64,000 bases of DNA from Histomonas meleagridis 2922-C6/04-290x. Its lineage: Eukaryota; Protista; Parabasalia. Made by a program: the position numbers and the translations under genes. The DNA is taken from positions 124,001-188,000 of the forward strand of contig JAANOX010000275.1 of assembly GCA_020184695.1 (NCBI GenBank), in the 5' to 3' direction. The notes under the pieces were generated by a model, which worked only from the letters and a program-made list of their open reading frames with translations, did not search any database and was not told the DNA's origin. Below, piece after piece: positions 10,101 through 22,400 of the stretch; position 1 is the stretch's first letter, and every line of letters begins with the position of its first letter.

Positions 10101-11918
10101 ATAGGCCATATAAAATGTATTAAAAAATTAATAATAAATAAATGTTTACAAGAAAATGAAATTGAAGGAATTATTAATACATTTAAAACAATTTTATTTA
10201 AATCTGATCTTGAGTTTTTAGAATCGAAATCATTTAATTATTTTATAAAATTAATTTCTGTTTTTTATGAAATCGATTTAACTATTTTAAATAAAATTAA
10301 TAAACATTTACGAAAATATCCAATAAACTATGGTTATCCTATTAATGGTGATACAATACAATTTCGAAATAAATATGGTTGCGGCCTAAAGAACTTAAGT
10401 AATACATGTTATATAAATGCTGTATTACAACAACTTTTTTATATTAATGATTTTAAAAACGAAATTTTTGCTGCTGATTCAAATAATTTAATAGTAAAAG
10501 AATTAAAATTATTATTTACGCAAATGGAATTTTCTTGTCTTAAATCAATTGATACAACGGATTTAATTGAAGCTATAGGTGATATTGATATAAATGTTCA
10601 AATGGATTCTTGTGAATTCTTAATTAATTTAATCGATAAAGTTAACTCCAAAGTTTTCGATGGTGAATTTAAACATATAATTTCGAATACAGATGAAACT
10701 ATTGAAAGAAGTTCATTCGAACCTTTTGTAGTTTTACCTCTTGTCGTAAAAAATTTAAGTAAAATGGATGAATCTTTAGAACAATTAAGTTCTATTGATT
10801 ATGTAAAATATAAATTTAATGATGACGAACCATTACAAGACGCGAAGAAATGGTGTACAATTAATAAGACATCAAATCATTTAATTGTTCAATTAAAGCG
10901 ATTTGAATACAATTATGAAAATTATACAAAAGAAAAAGTTAACTCTTATTTCGCTTATCCAGATGTTTTATTTGATGATTATAATTTAACAGGAATAATT
11001 GTACATTATGGAAATGTGAATTCGGGTCATTACTTTTCTTATATTAAAAAAAATGAGAAATGGTTCGAATTTAATGATAGTTATGTTTCCAAAGTTTCGA
11101 GTAAAGAAGTAAAGAAAAGAACTTATGGAGATTCTAAAACAAATGCTTATTTATTGTTTTATACTAAAAGTGATTCCGAATTCATTAATAATGATGAAGA
11201 ATGTAAAGAAATTATTGAAAACAAAAATAATTTCTTTAAATCAAGTAAAATATTTTTATCGGCCGCATTTTTCAATGTTTTACTCGATATTACAAAAAGT
11301 GACAGTATGTTGGCCGTTAAAACCGCAATTTTTTACTTTTTTAAAACAAGCTTTTTTTGCGTTGATAAAGAATTTATATCGAAATTCAACAAAATTATTA
11401 AAGACCAATTGGAATGTAATGAAAATCTATGTAAATATATTGTATTAAATTGGGATGAATTTCAGATACAAAATTCATTATTATATCCAAAACCAAAAAT
11501 TACAAGAACAACAACATTAGAAATCTTGAAAATTGTTGTTGATTATGATGTTCCACATTGTTATCAAAAAGTATCGGAATTATTTAGATTTGAACCTTAT
11601 TGGAGTCGATACTCAAATCAATTTGATCAAATGTTCGAATTGTTTTATTATTGCATATGTCAATCAGATGAATTTGTTAACTATGTGATCGAATATAACT
11701 TAAGGGATAAGTTAGAAAATTATGTTGTGAACGAATTTACAATTGACGAAAATTATAAAGAAATTTGTTTGGATCATATCTTCTTGACGTTGTCGCTGAT
11801 GAAATCGTCAAACAATTTGTTGAAATGCGTAAAAGATAAAAAGTTCTTAAACAGAGTGTACCACTCAAAGACTTCGGCAGTTGCAATAACGAAACTAATT
11901 GAATCTTTTGATGAATGA
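7188..11918 (+). CDS. Large ubiquitin carboxyl-terminal hydrolase (USP/C19; USP9/24/34-like architecture)
   Basis: Cys box GLKNLSNTCYINAVLQQL, QMDSCEF, QLKRFEY, His box HYGNVNSGHY, WFEFNDS; first ATG at 7188. Confidence 0.9.
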   Translation: MDTLPLVTPTPDIDTWFDVISQIIENPINLKGYLNDIQDVFQSIINNKDIKKLYMIKEHSLLNKLNHYILQKIICFNKLSKEDSEIVVTLLTFFVDLIPKCIVTQDEKLISIINTIFESSSLYQSNPEIFKSVCNYFIKAEYYKEIEEALTIDLTNSDYLISITKPIFLSLSIKNFIDFNSFTDSYTKAFNTIFTTSPEKNLTILFQNLFNEIKRQKIKANEFLLKWFDLIFNYINYQSINQSFFSLKALYYFLTNDFYMKQILTYINNDKKLIHKILKIPIREEHSQYLSKIYEILIKNSIITMTEIEQLWNLHSTQHISLLPSYYNVFNGISYGILENQIKNYEELIFNPKTKTKEWLNFIINTGNIFLKREFDTKPFLNVLKIITKENNSELKTISNKSLPNFIAYSMTIEECKEFLSEFEKKLSKKKVDSSSFKIFNIIYEQKNVKDFNYQNLVPLLFSFLGKNCNFDIIISTIKKIITNETNITKSMIKKLIKNETYSNKCYQLLRYLIKNNYIDINIFLNIIKPDDLTADFYDLIKEIIFDSNPSCKEHKIDKYPLEKEDIIWHFALYSKAKNRFQYLLSRIYTWNQCDDHEMILKFYNQWKSLFIKATDNQIKDYLISLLEKFIEKYEFLIDVPFERHRFLNEYNKINIKVNNKIYTVDCENSISSLAQKISPNQRINLMYKKQILDPKSIIKSNFKNYYEKEIELTSIKCYDKDNDIKERTSFPSLVFGELNLYELIFNSPTSKTIELLNLLPTYDETITSLNNLNFELDKFFPYNNTTLFLYNFQTFMIFYNKSMDVKLQEIDILHYLITCGLSTRNLTLLENILEFINNFYDDQILDKYPFFSNQIIDIIQEYSTKAETSAKKLFQKIFNLGSKLRNFQINLNILEILLLNDDDDFTKNASKFLKNINVPLDLYVKAYDNSEYDPNSNFYESLSHHITQERNKRVTNISLLNFNRKKCGCSIGHIKCIKKLIINKCLQENEIEGIINTFKTILFKSDLEFLESKSFNYFIKLISVFYEIDLTILNKINKHLRKYPINYGYPINGDTIQFRNKYGCGLKNLSNTCYINAVLQQLFYINDFKNEIFAADSNNLIVKELKLLFTQMEFSCLKSIDTTDLIEAIGDIDINVQMDSCEFLINLIDKVNSKVFDGEFKHIISNTDETIERSSFEPFVVLPLVVKNLSKMDESLEQLSSIDYVKYKFNDDEPLQDAKKWCTINKTSNHLIVQLKRFEYNYENYTKEKVNSYFAYPDVLFDDYNLTGIIVHYGNVNSGHYFSYIKKNEKWFEFNDSYVSKVSSKEVKKRTYGDSKTNAYLLFYTKSDSEFINNDEECKEIIENKNNFFKSSKIFLSAAFFNVLLDITKSDSMLAVKTAIFYFFKTSFFCVDKEFISKFNKIIKDQLECNENLCKYIVLNWDEFQIQNSLLYPKPKITRTTTLEILKIVVDYDVPHCYQKVSELFRFEPYWSRYSNQFDQMFELFYYCICQSDEFVNYVIEYNLRDKLENYVVNEFTIDENYKEICLDHIFLTLSLMKSSNNLLKCVKDKKFLNRVYHSKTSAVAITKLIESFDE

Positions 11919-12149
11919 TAAATTGATATGCATAAAATATTAAATTATATATAATTAATTATCATTTTTTTAATGAATTTTTTCGTTTTGGTTATAAAAA
12001 CCTTTGAATATAGAATTGTGGTTTTTCTCATTAGGTTTAAATTTGATTACATGTGAGATTAATTTTATTATGTTTGGATTTTTTCAAGATACCGGTTGGT
12101 TTCCTTAATGCTTTATTTATTTTAATTATACATTCAAGAAAATATTTCA

Positions 12150-12609
12150 CTTTCATGCAAATATTATATTGTTGATTGCAAGATGCTCCTTTTGTATGTT
12201 TATATCTATGTATCCATTTTTTCCAAAATAAGATTTATTTTTTCTGGTAAGGGGTTTTAGTTGAATATGGTAGAAAAAGAGTGATTACAAGGAACAGGTT
12301 CACTACTACAAAGGAATAGATGAGCTAAGATTTATGAAAACTTTACACGTTGAATGAATCAAGACATAAAACATTCCGTTAATTGTGAAATTTCATACTT
12401 AATGAAAATTGAGGAACTATTACAAAATGTGAATATGCATAGTGATTGGGGAAAAGTTGATTATAATGCATTTACCCACAAATGTCAAACGTTTGTTTCC
12501 AAAGTGCGTTAAAATACTTGGAGCATATAGTAAAACATTTCGAACAAGAACATTTAGCAAAGTATTTATTCCTTTTACTATTATTGCAGTCTTCGAAAAA
12601 AATGAATGA
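12150..12609 (+). pseudogene. Frameshifted remnant resembling a permuted papain-like (PPPDE/LRAT-type) peptidase
   Basis: Fragments GFLVEYG, MKIEELLQNVNMHSDWGKVDYNAFTHKCQTFVSK (from 12402), then a +1 shift to CVKILGAY...EKNE*; W..xxYN..THxCQxFV resembles the catalytic-Cys motif; 5' boundary approximate. Confidence 0.3.
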
Positions 12610-12722
12610 AAAAAGAACTTCTTGAGCAAAGTTTGTTATTGTTTTCGTAGCCAAATTCCAACAAGTAATAAATAATGCAGAAATTCTCTTCAAAATACCA
12701 ACGAAACAAATATTTTTTTTAT

Positions 12723-15281
12723 TTATGCCCAACTATTTACCACTCTCTTGTCATACTTACCACACAGCCTCACCAAATATCCCACCGCCGAAGGCAACAG
12801 CGCCAACAAACTGATTTCATCGGACGACATAAATTTATCCAAGAAATTACCCGACAACAAGAAGTGCTGTATGAACTTACTGAGCAAATAAATGTGTTTC
12901 ATTTTCGGCGTTACTATAGTCCACAGCAAACATCCGTCGAAGCTTAACTCCCTACAGTTCTTGCATAACGTTTGGACCAATTCCACAGCTTCGATGACGT
13001 AATAAACTATGACAGATATACCCGAATTTGACCGAATGTGTCCCAACAAGTCCGCTGCTCTTTGTAAGTAATGGATGTTACTATCGAACGAAGGCGGCTG
13101 ATCTTCTTTCGCGGCGGAAATGATTTCGTCGAATTTGCTTTCCAAAATTTTCGACACTATAACACTTCTCTTCCATACAACTGCATCACTTTGCATGTAC
13201 CGACGGAATGTTACATGTTCAGTCATTTTAAAGAACAAAATTCGATAAATTTGTTTTGATGTTGTTTCATCTATTTTCCGGAGACTTAATTCTCTTTTAG
13301 CGCTTTGTATAACTTCTGTTACGACTTTATGAAACTCATTTAAGTCAGTGATAAATGTGTGGCTATGATGCATAGCTTCGATGAATTGTTGACATAAGAT
13401 ATCATGCGCAAAACATTCGGAAAGTTCTAAGTTCAAATGACTTTGTAAGTTCTTTCGTATGCTTTTAACAATATAAACATAATTCTCGATTCGTTCTTTC
13501 TGAGTACGTAATGAAGAAGTTCGATCAGCGCAATTCATAGATTGTTCATCACGTTCATTTACAACTTTATTAATACGTTTTAATAATTTGTCTTCGTTTT
13601 TAAGTTGTGTCGATGCATACCATAATACACAATTCGCTTGATGAATATTTTTCTCGGGAACAAAAAATGACGTAACTAAACTCATTTGTTGGAAGTATTG
13701 ATTCATTGATTTAGAACCGAATTGTTTTGGCGAAGGCATTAAACAAATCGTATTACAAAAGAACTCAGCATAAGGATCCGATAATTTGTTATTATTATTA
13801 TCTAATGAATTTATATTCGGATCAGAACTTATCCGAAACAATGAAAAACTCGGCTTACGACTTGACGTAAGTTCAATGAAACTGTTTCTATTTGCTTGTC
13901 GTGTGATAACTATACGAAAATGCAAATTTGTGTTTTCATCTTTTTTAGGGATATCGCCCATGTTTTGTAATATCTTTTCGAGCGCTTCATTCTTTTCAGC
14001 GAATGATATTGAAGCGCGATGTAATAAAGAGATATCTCCCAAAGTGATTAATAACTCTTTAGGAAATGATGGATTAGTCGACAAAAGTTCGGCTTCACTA
14101 ATCATATAAGACACTGGTGAATCCGATGGTAATATTAATAAATCCAAAAATTCTTCAATGTTAATTTCCGAATATTCTGGTAATATACTTAAGATTCTCT
14201 CTAAACAACTTAAATGTTTAGATGGTAATGATTTTAATGATTTGGTTCGAAAGATATCAGCAATATCTTTCGATGGATTCCAATTATTATGTGATGGATG
14301 CCATGATAATAAGCCTAAGACTGCAGGACTATCTAAGGCACGATTTATAAACGCTTCAAAAAACACTAAAAATAAATCAACATTAAGCGACTTAAGATAT
14401 GCCATTAATCCAAAAGTAGATGGCGGTAATAATGGCAAACATTGTTCTAAGGATTGTAAAACTTGTTTGGAATACATTAGAATCACTTTCCAATAACTAA
14501 AATTGGCAAGTGATACTGTTTGAACATTTTCTAATGTTTCAAATGTCGTTCGCAAATCATATAAATATGATAAGGAATGAAGTTTTAAGATGATGGGGGA
14601 TAACGAGGTTTGAAGATATGCAAATGATGCACCATTAAAGAGATATGACGTGGAAAATGTGATAAATGGTAAATATTTAGCGACTGCTGCGTCACTTGTA
14701 TCAAGAGAATATTTAAGTTGACGTGGTGGATATGGTTTTAAATCAACGAGATGAGTTTGATGTGCTTTTTCTTCAACAGAAAATTGAAGATCTGCCATGC
14801 AGGTTAATACTTCAAATAACATATGATCTTCTTCAATGCACCAGCCCTGTTGATGTAATGATAAAAAAACGGAATATGCTATTTTGGTTGTCTTAAGAGG
14901 ATTTTTAATGCAATATTCAAATAAAACTTTTGCAAAAATTTCTGGATTTTTACGCATAAAGGTACAAAAATATGTATAATGATTACATAAGTTTGGATCT
15001 ATAAATGGCGGGAAATATTCCATCTTTGAAAATTGTAAACCTTGAAATGTTGGTGAAGAAATAATCTTATCCGCTGAACGAATTTTATTCATAATGATCT
15101 TGGCTCTTACTAAAGAAAGAAGTCTTAATTCACTTGTAAGTTCTTTAGATCCTTTGACAAGTAAATCAGAAATATCTTTCTGACTATTAGTTTGAAACGA
15201 AATAAGCTGAGCAATTGAGATAAGACGTTCTTGTTCTTCAGCTAATATTTCAAGTTTTGATTTAGAATTTGTTTTTTTCAT
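12723..15281 (-). CDS. RasGAP-like + VPS9-like protein (GAPVD1/RME-6-like, divergent)
   Basis: N-terminal FMRKNPEIFAKVL, RasGAP-like FFEAFINRALDSPAVLG and a C-terminal helical VPS9-like segment (AADLLGHI...DGCLLWTIV); recognised by pattern only. Confidence 0.5.
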   Translation of the reverse strand: MKKTNSKSKLEILAEEQERLISIAQLISFQTNSQKDISDLLVKGSKELTSELRLLSLVRAKIIMNKIRSADKIISSPTFQGLQFSKMEYFPPFIDPNLCNHYTYFCTFMRKNPEIFAKVLFEYCIKNPLKTTKIAYSVFLSLHQQGWCIEEDHMLFEVLTCMADLQFSVEEKAHQTHLVDLKPYPPRQLKYSLDTSDAAVAKYLPFITFSTSYLFNGASFAYLQTSLSPIILKLHSLSYLYDLRTTFETLENVQTVSLANFSYWKVILMYSKQVLQSLEQCLPLLPPSTFGLMAYLKSLNVDLFLVFFEAFINRALDSPAVLGLLSWHPSHNNWNPSKDIADIFRTKSLKSLPSKHLSCLERILSILPEYSEINIEEFLDLLILPSDSPVSYMISEAELLSTNPSFPKELLITLGDISLLHRASISFAEKNEALEKILQNMGDIPKKDENTNLHFRIVITRQANRNSFIELTSSRKPSFSLFRISSDPNINSLDNNNNKLSDPYAEFFCNTICLMPSPKQFGSKSMNQYFQQMSLVTSFFVPEKNIHQANCVLWYASTQLKNEDKLLKRINKVVNERDEQSMNCADRTSSLRTQKERIENYVYIVKSIRKNLQSHLNLELSECFAHDILCQQFIEAMHHSHTFITDLNEFHKVVTEVIQSAKRELSLRKIDETTSKQIYRILFFKMTEHVTFRRYMQSDAVVWKRSVIVSKILESKFDEIISAAKEDQPPSFDSNIHYLQRAADLLGHIRSNSGISVIVYYVIEAVELVQTLCKNCRELSFDGCLLWTIVTPKMKHIYLLSKFIQHFLLSGNFLDKFMSSDEISLLALLPSAVGYLVRLCGKYDKRVVNSWA

Positions 15282-15689
15282 TTTTTTTCTTGCAAACTGG
15301 GGGGTTATGAAATCGATAAACTGTAAAGTATTCTAAAAGTCATTTTTTCAAAGCACAGAAACCAATCAATAGGAAAATAAATGTCATTATATATGTCTAA
15401 TTTCTCTAGAAAAAACTTATATGATTTGTGAAATTGAAAACAAAACCAAAAATGGTGGTCCAACTCTAGTAAAAGAAGATTTTATTAAATTTGACATTTA
15501 ATTATCAAATTTAATTAATAGGTAATCCAATTTATATTTACTTTTATCTTAAAGTAAGAACTTGGATATGTCTTTGAAAACACAGATGAAAAAAAGTAAT
15601 GTAAAACAAAAAAGTGATTTTATTTGTTGAGATAAAATAAATTCCTGGAATGTATTAAATACCATTTGAAATATTCATGTTGAACATGT

Positions 15690-16106
15690 TTAATCATTTT
15701 CATGTTGATTGCTTTGACCAAGAGCTTTTTTAATAAATTCATCTCCAATTGATTCTGTTAACTTATGTCTTTTTTTAATCACCTCAACAATGGAATACTG
15801 GTAATATTCATTACAGCGATCTGAAATTGATTTTGTTGAATTTTCATCTAATGTTATTAAACGAACATCTAATGGTAAATTAAGAGTAGGTGGGAAATCA
15901 ACTTTCTCTGTCGATAGCAATAGTTGACCTTTTGTCTCCATATCGGCATTGTTTGAATCTCGTTCAATTTCCAATGAAAGATGAAGAATTGTTGGGGCTG
16001 ATAGGGTATGGATAAATGGCATCCTGGATTCAAGTTTGTTTGCAATTGTTAAGATATCATCAAGAAAAGATTCTGGATTTATTGCACCAAATACTTCTAA
16101 ATCCAT
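15690..16106 (-). CDS. Hypothetical protein, possibly Mis12/Mtw1-like kinetochore subunit
   Basis: 138-aa ORF; N-terminus EVFGAINPESFLDDILTIANKL resembles the Mis12/Mtw1 N-terminal motif. Confidence 0.4.
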   Translation of the reverse strand: MDLEVFGAINPESFLDDILTIANKLESRMPFIHTLSAPTILHLSLEIERDSNNADMETKGQLLLSTEKVDFPPTLNLPLDVRLITLDENSTKSISDRCNEYYQYSIVEVIKKRHKLTESIGDEFIKKALGQSNQHEND

Positions 16107-16472
16107 TTGTCACTTTTTTCATAAAGGCTGGTCCAATTTTTTCTTCTTTAATTCTTCTTTTTTATAACTTATTTTATTTTTTTTAAATAACTTTGTTTGT
16201 GTATGGATACCTATAGTATTCATGTTTTTTTGAAATACTGTAACGATATTCATGAAAATTAATCAACATCGAAATTTAGGTTAAATAAATGTATAGAAAT
16301 AACAATAGATTTTCTGTATTTCTTTCTATTTTATATAGTACATAGACGTTAGGAGATCTGTGCATTTACAATTTTTTTTGCTTGATATTTTATATATGAA
16401 CGATAGACTGAATTTTTTTAAAAATGTCATTGAAATTTCAATGAAAATTGAAGTGCCTACCAATCAGAGCAA

Positions 16473-19400
16473 ATGAAAAAGAATTCAGATTTAATTATTG
16501 AGAAATTAATTGAAATTATTACATACTTCCAACAGCCTAAATATATGGAATTTTATAGTTACGAAAATAGCAATGTTTATAATTTCCCATTACTCGAGAA
16601 ACAATTTTTTTCGCAATTTTTAGGTAACAAAAGGCCAACATTCGAAGAAATAATTCAGCTTTTATATTCCAATTTTCCTTTTGATCCAGCTTTTATTAAT
16701 GGTTGCATTGCTGAACAATTTTCAATTATTGAACAAGAATTTGGTTTAATTTCAAATTCACTTGGCTGGATTTCTTCTCCATCATTTTTTTCTACAGATT
16801 ATTTTTGTCTTTTGTTAACAGCTATTATAGATTTAATGCATTATATCAACGAAGTACAACTTCTAAATTGTATTTACATTATTATTATCATTTTCACTGA
16901 GGTTGAAACTATTGATTCCAAAAATATAATCTCTTTAACAGAGTTTCTTGTTTCAAATCCTCAAGAACCAACTGTCTCAATTCCAATACTTCAACTCCTT
17001 CTTGAACAATCATATATTATACAAGACCACAATTCCATTTCGAAAGTTATTCAAGCTATTAACAGACTTATCATAATGTCAGATAAATCCATTTTTAGAA
17101 TTGATTTAACAGCCACACTTTTTCTTTGCTCTGATCGTATCTATAAACTTGATTTAGAATCTCTTTCATTGTTAGCCACTGTTTCTGATTTTTTTGGTGC
17201 GTCCAATTCAATTTTACCAATATATACAAAACTTGCTTCTGTTGCAATTTCTTTTATCAAAGAATATCAAACCGATGGGAAAATAAATTTTCCAGAGCCT
17301 ATAGATCCTAATAAAGTCCCAAAACTTCAAAATGATGTAAAATTGAATCAAGAACTATTCAAAGATTTACCAAAATTAAACCCTATGAATAGTGACATTT
17401 ATTATTCTCAAGTTAAAATCGATGATATTCTTAATGAGAAATTGTTTTCCATTTTTAATATATTTCAATCCTTACTTCATCGAAAGACATCAACGATTCC
17501 ATCAACATTTTTATTAGAATTTACAAATCTATTAAGGTTAAATTATAATAGTAAATGTTTTATTGAAATATACACATTTTTTATATCAATTTTAAATAGT
17601 TTTGTTGATGTTTCATTACCAAAAGCATTAATAAAAACAATTCAACAATCGCCTGTTTTTTCATCAAATTATTTATTATTTTTTGATGAAAATAATTTTA
17701 AAATATTGAATTTCCTTAGAAACTTAACATTTCAAACAATAATGACAAATTGGCCAGATGATATTCCTTTTTTCTTGTTAGAATCTGAATCAGATCCATT
17801 TTTATTTGCAGAACATATTGGTAGAATTAATTCCGTTATTCCATATTCCAACATTTCTTTATTTTTAGTAAATCCTTTAATTGAAGAGTTAGCAAAAATT
17901 TTGAAATATTTCATTTGTTTAGTTAATGAAAATAAAGATAATTCTTTGATTTTTTCGGCTTATTCAACTGTTTTTATCTTCGTATTAAATCTAACTGAAG
18001 ATGATGAAGCAACAAAAATTGCTTTTTCTTCAAGTTCTTTTGTAGAAATTTATTTAGCGCATATTTTTTATGATTCATTATGCCCAATAATATTAAATCT
18101 AGTTCGTAATTTTTTGACTAAATCTTTTAATGAAGTAGCATTAAATAATATAATATCATATTTAATTATATTATTTAATAGTAATAATTTACCACTTAAA
18201 ATTGCAATTAATTTACTTGAATATATTGAAGATATAATTTTACTTAATCAAGAAATAGTTAAATATTTCATACAATTTGTTTCTTCTGTTTTAAATTATT
18301 TTAATAAAAACCCATCAAAAGAATTATTCAAATCATTGTTATCAATATTATTAGTTATGGTATGTAATATTGATAATTTCCATATGTCTAATAAAGAAAT
18401 GATTGATTTTGGTAGTAAAATCAAAGAAATGGAAAATGGAAATTGTTCTAAATCAACTTTTTATATATTATTAGCATTACTTTCAGGAAATAAATTAACA
18501 AGTTCAATGACATTTTTAGTTAAAAACCCATATTTTATTATCCTTTTATTATCAAATTCGTCAAATGATTATCGAAAATTATTAAAAAAGTTTATGAAAT
18601 TATGTAAATATTCGATTTATAATATTATTCAACTTCATAATGGTGGATTAGATTTGTTCTTAATTGAATTAATTAGAACATATCCAAATGATTTTCAATA
18701 TTTATCTATTAATTTTAAACAAGTTTTATCCGAAAAGGAATTGGATGAAATTGTTTATCCATTGTTAAAATTAATATTTTCATATAAATCTTCTTTTGTT
18801 TCTATTGAAAGATTAATATCAACAATTTTACCCGACTTAAATGAAAATTTTCCGAAATTTACAAATAAAACAATTGATTTTTTATTAAATATGTCTGTAT
18901 CTAAAAACAAATTAAATCCTGAAATTAAATATATATATCATCCTAAATCAGAAAGTATTACTCAAAAATTGGAAAATTTTGATATTAATAAAGGATTTAC
19001 TTTTGCTTGTATTTTATTATTAGATCACCCTTCTTTAACTACATCAAATCCTTTAATAGTCAAATTTAATGATGGAAGTTCTTCAATGGTTTTTTATTTA
19101 AATGGTTTAACACTTAATTGCGAAATTGTAACAAAAACAAAAATTTCTTCTGCACCTGTAATAATGGCATTGCCTTCATGTAATTGGATATATTTATCTA
19201 TAATGACAAAAATATTAAAAGATACAAATGAAATCAATTTTTTATTTATGTTAAGCAAAGAACAATCTTATGCTTTTACTGCTCCAAATCCAAATTTTGA
19301 TACAAAAAATTTAACAATTACTTATGGAGGATTTAAAAATGTTGATAAAAAATCAAAGGGAATAAATTGTTTTTTAGGAGATATTTATCTTTTTTCGAAG

Positions 19401-22400
19401 ATATTTACTATATCTGAAATTAGTTCATTGTTTTCAGCTGGTATAGGGACAAATATTAATTTAATTGCTAAGCAATTAGTTAATAAATCTGGTTATATAC
19501 AAACATTTAAAGATGTTTTTGATCGATATAAATTTTCAGATACAATAATACAATTTTTTAAGTTTACTGCTACATCTCCTCCTCAATTCATTGAAAAAAT
19601 TATTGATATATGTCAATTATTTCATGATAAAACTGTTTTTGATTTTATTCCTTATTATTTATTACAATTCGATAATTCGTTTTTAGTTTATTCTTTATAT
19701 TTAAGGTTTTATACTTTGTTTACATTAACAAATTATGAATCTATATTCGAAAAATTATTATTTAATTTTAAGGTTTGGACTTCAGCTAAATCCGATCATT
19801 TAAAAAGAATTGTTAAACATTGGTGTAATGTTTTATTCCCAACTTATTCGACATTTTTCATAAAATATTTTCCTTTTCATGAAATCTTAGCACAAATTCG
19901 ATTATTTTTCTATTTTTCTGAAGAAGATTCTGATTTTGTAGAAATACATGACATAAACAAAGAAATTAAAACTTGTCGAATACATTTAAATAAGTTATTA
20001 TATCAATATGCTTCAATACAACTTACTGATAATGATGTTGAATATTTAATATCACATATTTATACGTGTAATGATATCGAACAGAAATGTATGTTTTTAT
20101 CTTTATTAAATGAGATTTCTGATTTTATAAAAGATAAAAAATCCGCAGCTAATCAATTAAATCCATTATTTTTAAGTTCAAATATTAATGTTTTTATTTT
20201 AACAGTTCAAGTTATATTAAGTTTAAAAGAATTTTCACAAATAGAATATTTATCATTTCATTTAGAAAAAATCAAAATGACAAAAGATTTGTTTGATAAT
20301 ATTATTTTATTAATTAATGATCATCCAGAATTGTTATCAATTGCAATACAAATTTCATTAAATTGTAATTGCGAATCAATAATTAATGAAAAACTTTCTG
20401 ATAAAAATTTTGTTGTTCAAAATTCATTACGTTTTGTTTCATATAATACTTGGTATATTTATCCATTTCTAACTTTTGTATCATATCCTGAAATCGAAGA
20501 AAATATTTTATATTTCTTTTCTTATATATTTCTTACAAAAAACTTCATTGGATTTAATGAATTGTTTTGTTTAATTGATATTTTGCAAACTAAATTAAAA
20601 ATTGATTTATATAAATATAAATTATTAATGTTAAAATCATTGTTAGAAAATGATCTTATTGAAGGACATGAAAAAGAAGTAATGGAATTATGTTTTCGTT
20701 ATTTAATGTTTTCTTTTGATTATCAACTTCATTCAGATTCATTACTTAATGAATATTTTAATTCATGTTTTAATAATAATGAAATATATCAAAGAAATAA
20801 TATAAATTTAAATGTAATTCATCAATTTATTGAATTAGATTTAACAAATATTAACTTAATATTTAGAGTTAATATAAATTCTGATCTAATACCAGAATTT
20901 AATGATATAATTCATTTAATTATAAAATTAAGCTCAAAAATTAAAAGCCAAAAAGAATATTTATTAAATTTTTTTGTTATTTTTCTAAACAAAATCATAA
21001 ATCATGATACAAAAGTAAAAATAGAAAATGTCGAAAACTTTTCAATTATTTTTTTACAATTATCAATTCAATGTTTAAATTCATTACAATCACATTTAAG
21101 AAATACATGTAATCATTCAATAGAACTATTATCTATATCATCAAATATCCAACTTAGTTTAAATTCATTACATTCACAACAAATAATGCTTGAAGTAAAT
21201 GATTGCAACATGATGAACAAAGAAAACATTAACAATTTTCAATGTTTAACTCCATATTCGATTTGGAAATCATTTTCACATCCATCAAATAAAGAAATAT
21301 TACCACGAAAAATGAGCAAAAACTTCCAAAAATTACGATTAAAACCATTTATTAAAAAGATTGGAATTCCACCAAATAAATTTACATTAAATATATCAAA
21401 TTTATTTCATTGTAACTCAATATATATCCAATTAAACAAACAAATGAAATGTAAATTTATAATTTCAGGAACTCAAATAATAATATTATCTTCAACAATA
21501 TATAAAGTAATTGAATTTAATGATATAAGTTATATATTAACAAGAGAAAATTATATTATCGAAATAATTACCAAAAATTTTGTTCCGTATTGTTTCCAAT
21601 TCATTGAAAATGATTTTCCAATTGTAATATCACAAATTAAACCAAGTTTCTTTAAGCAAACTTATACGTTACAAAAAAATACATTTTCACAATTTATTTC
21701 GCAAATGAATTTAACTAAAGATTGGATCGATGATAAAATATCAAACTTAAATTATATTTTAGCTCTAAATATATTCGGAGGAAGAAGTTATGAAATTATT
21801 GATAAATATCCTATCTTACCTTTCATTAGAGATTTTAATGATAACTCTATTGGTTATGTTTCGAAGCCTTCTGTTTGGCTCGAGTTTTTCCCGATTGGTG
21901 AAAACATATCAAATACTAATTCAAAGGAATTTAATCAATTATTCCAACAAGAAAAATATGAATTAACACCGGAATTTTACTTGATTCCAGAATGTTTTGA
22001 TTCACTCGTGGATGACCCTATAAAATTTGTTTATAACATGAGAGTTAAACTTGAATCAGAAGAAGTTTCAAAACAATTAAATATTTGGATCGATAACACT
22101 TTTGGTATAAATCATAGAATTGACACGCCACAACTTTTTAACGTTCCTCATCCAAGAAAACAATTTGTTCCTAACTCTTTACGTAAAAAGAAAAGAAGAA
22201 CATCTTTTGATAATATAAATGATAGACATAAGTTTGATGAAATAGTTAGCTCAGGAAATCGGAGAGTTTCTTATTATGAAGATTCGAAATTCGAAGGTTC
22301 TAATGTACCTTTATTTGTTCAAATTCCATTTCGTGAAATTAAATCATCGAATGTTAGTTTTATTAATGATGATATTATTTTACGATTCATTTCAACAACA

